Positions 62,081 through 64,000 of a DNA stretch of 64,000 bases are shown in pieces. The stretch spans positions 704,001 through 768,000 of the forward strand of contig CAWKNZ010000002.1 of NCBI GenBank assembly GCA_963851265.1, in the 5' to 3' direction. This stretch comes from an uncultured Gemmatimonadales bacterium. Its GTDB lineage: Bacteria > Gemmatimonadota > Gemmatimonadetes > Gemmatimonadales > Gemmatimonadaceae. The notes under the pieces were generated by a model. That model ran no database searches. It had not been told where the DNA came from and saw only the letters and a list, made by a program, of their open reading frames with translations. The translations under genes and the position numbers were made by a program. Numbering within the stretch: the stretch's first letter is position 1; each line of letters begins with the position of its first letter.

Positions 62081-63328
62081 TCAGAAGCGTGCCGGAACGT
62101 CGGCGAGCACGCGATAGGTGTCGCGTGCGATGAGGAGTTCCTCGTTGGTCGGAATGACCCACGCGGGTAAACGGCTGCCGTCGGTGGTGAAGGTCCCCTC
62201 GCGACCGCCGGCCAGCTCGGCGTTCCTGGCCGCGTCCACCTCGAGCCCGGCCCACCCCAGCCCCTCACACACGCGCGCGCGCACCTCCGCGCTGTTCTCG
62301 CCGATGCCGCCCGTGAAGACGACGCCCGCGGCGGTCCCGGCGAGCGCCGCCAGGTACGCGCCGATGTACTTGCGGGCGCGGTAGCAGAACACCTCGACCG
62401 CGAGGCGCGCCCGCCGGTCGTCGTTCTCCGTGGCCTCGGCGAGCAGCTCGCGCATGTCGTTCGTCAGCCCCGAGATCCCGAGCAGGCCGCTCTGCTTGTT
62501 GAGCAGCGCCTCGGCCTCGGCGAGCGTCATCCCTTCCTTGCTCGCCAGGTAGTCCAGCACCGCCGGATCGACGTCTCCAGAGCGCGTGCCCATCACCAGA
62601 CCTTCGAGCGGCGTGAACCCCATCGACGTGTCGATCGAGTTGCCGCCCTGAATCGCGCACGCGGAGCACCCGTTGCCGAGGTGGAGCGTGATCAGGTGCG
62701 TCCCCTCCCGCGACGTGCTCGTCAGCTGCCGCCAGCGGTGTGCGACGTAGCGGTGCGACGTGCCGTGGAAGCCGTAGCGCCGGATCTGGTACCGCCGGTA
62801 CAGCTGGTACGGGATCGCGTACAGATACGCGTGCGCGGGGAGCGTCTGGTGGAACGCCGTGTCGAACACGGCGACCTGCGGCACGCCCACGCCGAGGACG
62901 GCGCGCGCGGCCTGGATCCCGCGAAGGTTGGTCGGGTTGTGCAGCGGCGCGAGGTCGATCATGTCGGTGATCCCGCGCTCGACGTCGTCGGTGATCCGGA
63001 CCGAACGCGTGAACCGCTCGCCGCCGTGGACGACGCGGTGGCCGACCGCGTCGATGTCCGCGCGCCCGCCGAGCGCCGCGCCGCTGTCGGACCCGACGAG
63101 CCACGTCACGATGTACTCGACCGCGGCGCGGTGGTCGCGCAACGACGCCGTGCTCTTCACGGGCGCGCCGCCGTGCGGGCGGAGTGTGACGACCGCCTCG
63201 CCTCCGAGCCGCTCGATCTCGCCGCCGGCGAGCGTCTCGTCGGTGTTCGCGGCGAGTCGGTCGGCGTCGGTGCGGATCAGCTGGAACTTGAGCGAGCTGG
63301 AGCCGACGTTGAGGACGAGGACGTTCAT
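62081..63328 (-). CDS. ackA: Acetate kinase
   Basis: ATG 63328; [52 protein letters not shown]. Confidence 0.96.
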   Translation of the reverse strand: MNVLVLNVGSSSLKFQLIRTDADRLAANTDETLAGGEIERLGGEAVVTLRPHGGAPVKSTASLRDHRAAVEYIVTWLVGSDSGAALGGRADIDAVGHRVVHGGERFTRSVRITDDVERGITDMIDLAPLHNPTNLRGIQAARAVLGVGVPQVAVFDTAFHQTLPAHAYLYAIPYQLYRRYQIRRYGFHGTSHRYVAHRWRQLTSTSREGTHLITLHLGNGCSACAIQGGNSIDTSMGFTPLEGLVMGTRSGDVDPAVLDYLASKEGMTLAEAEALLNKQSGLLGISGLTNDMRELLAEATENDDRRARLAVEVFCYRARKYIGAYLAALAGTAAGVVFTGGIGENSAEVRARVCEGLGWAGLEVDAARNAELAGGREGTFTTDGSRLPAWVIPTNEELLIARDTYRVLADVPARF

Positions 63329-63356
63329 GGCCGCGTGTGCTGGAGGGAACCGCGCC

Positions 63357-64000
63357 TCACCGCCGCGGGATCCGCGCCGCACCCGGCGGCCGGAACGCGT
63401 CGTACGCGTCCTGGACCCGCGCGAGCGCTTCCTCCGGGCGCGCGCCCACGGCCGACACGTGCCCCATCTTGCGCCCGGCGCGCGCCTCGCGCTTGCCGTA
63501 CAGGTGGAGCCGCGCGGTCGGCACCGCGAGCGCGGCCGGCACGTCGGGCGGTCCGTCGGCGAGCCAGAGGTCGCCGAGCAGGTTGGCGATGGCCCCCGCC
63601 CCCACCGGCGCCGGGCTGCCTAACGGCAGGGCGCACGCGGCCCGCACGAGTTGCTCGAACTGACTCGTCGCGTTCGCGCGCTCCGACGCGTGATACGTGT
63701 TGTGCGGACGCGGCGCGAGCTCGTTCACGAGCACCCGCCCGTCGCCGGTGAGGAACAGCTCCACGGCGACCAGCCCCTCGATTCCGAGCGACTCGGCGAT
63801 GCCGATCGCGACCTCCGCGCCGGCGCGCGCGACTGCGGGTTCGATCGGGGCGGGCGTCGCCGCCCACGTCAGCACGCCCGCCGCGTGGTGGTTGCGCGAC
63901 GGCGGGTAGACGGCGAGCTGTCCGTCGGCCGCGCGCGCGACGAGCACCGAGAACTCCAGCGCGAGATCCAGCCGCTGCTCGACGACACTGCGTCGGGCGC
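63357..64000 (-). CDS. purK: N5-carboxyaminoimidazole ribonucleotide synthase (3' part)
   Basis: [30 protein letters not shown]. Confidence 0.92.
   Translation of the reverse strand, partial: ARRSVVEQRLDLALEFSVLVARAADGQLAVYPPSRNHHAAGVLTWAATPAPIEPAVARAGAEVAIGIAESLGIEGLVAVELFLTGDGRVLVNELAPRPHNTYHASERANATSQFEQLVRAACALPLGSPAPVGAGAIANLLGDLWLADGPPDVPAALAVPTARLHLYGKREARAGRKMGHVSAVGARPEEALARVQDAYDAFRPPGAARIPRR

Overview
A very GC-rich (about 70-75% by eye), densely coding stretch of bacterial chromosome. SusC/SusD-type genes in a high-GC background, together with the gene content, suggest Gemmatimonadota; this is an inference. The window holds mostly housekeeping and metabolic genes: accA (partial), dnaE, lipB-lpdA, a SusC/SusD/TonB-fusion locus, pdhABC-lipA, a GT2/DUF3108 pair, PspA-like/Omp85/CAAX genes, POT and Opp/Dpp peptide transporters, a lipoate ligase, gcvP, gcvH, coaE, tdk, a degenerate DEAD-box/DbpA protein, a NurA-like nuclease, glycogen/trehalose enzymes, tRNA-Lys(UUU), an MltD-like gene, holB, a stress-type cluster, sodC, ackA and purK (partial). 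No transposase, integrase, prophage or CRISPR array was seen. Three observations stand out. (1) A translationally coupled gene pair at 52807-55547: the first protein carries both metal-site motifs of pMMO/AMO subunit C, and the second has a PmoB-like topology with a predicted mature N-terminal His. This is a candidate divergent copper-membrane-monooxygenase-like or copper-handling system. (2) The heptamer GCCTAAC/GTTAGGC occurs 26 times by hand count, often forcing rare codons inside conserved genes. (3) A divergent nucleotidyltransferase/metallophosphoesterase pair. All product calls come from motif recognition by eye, not database searches.
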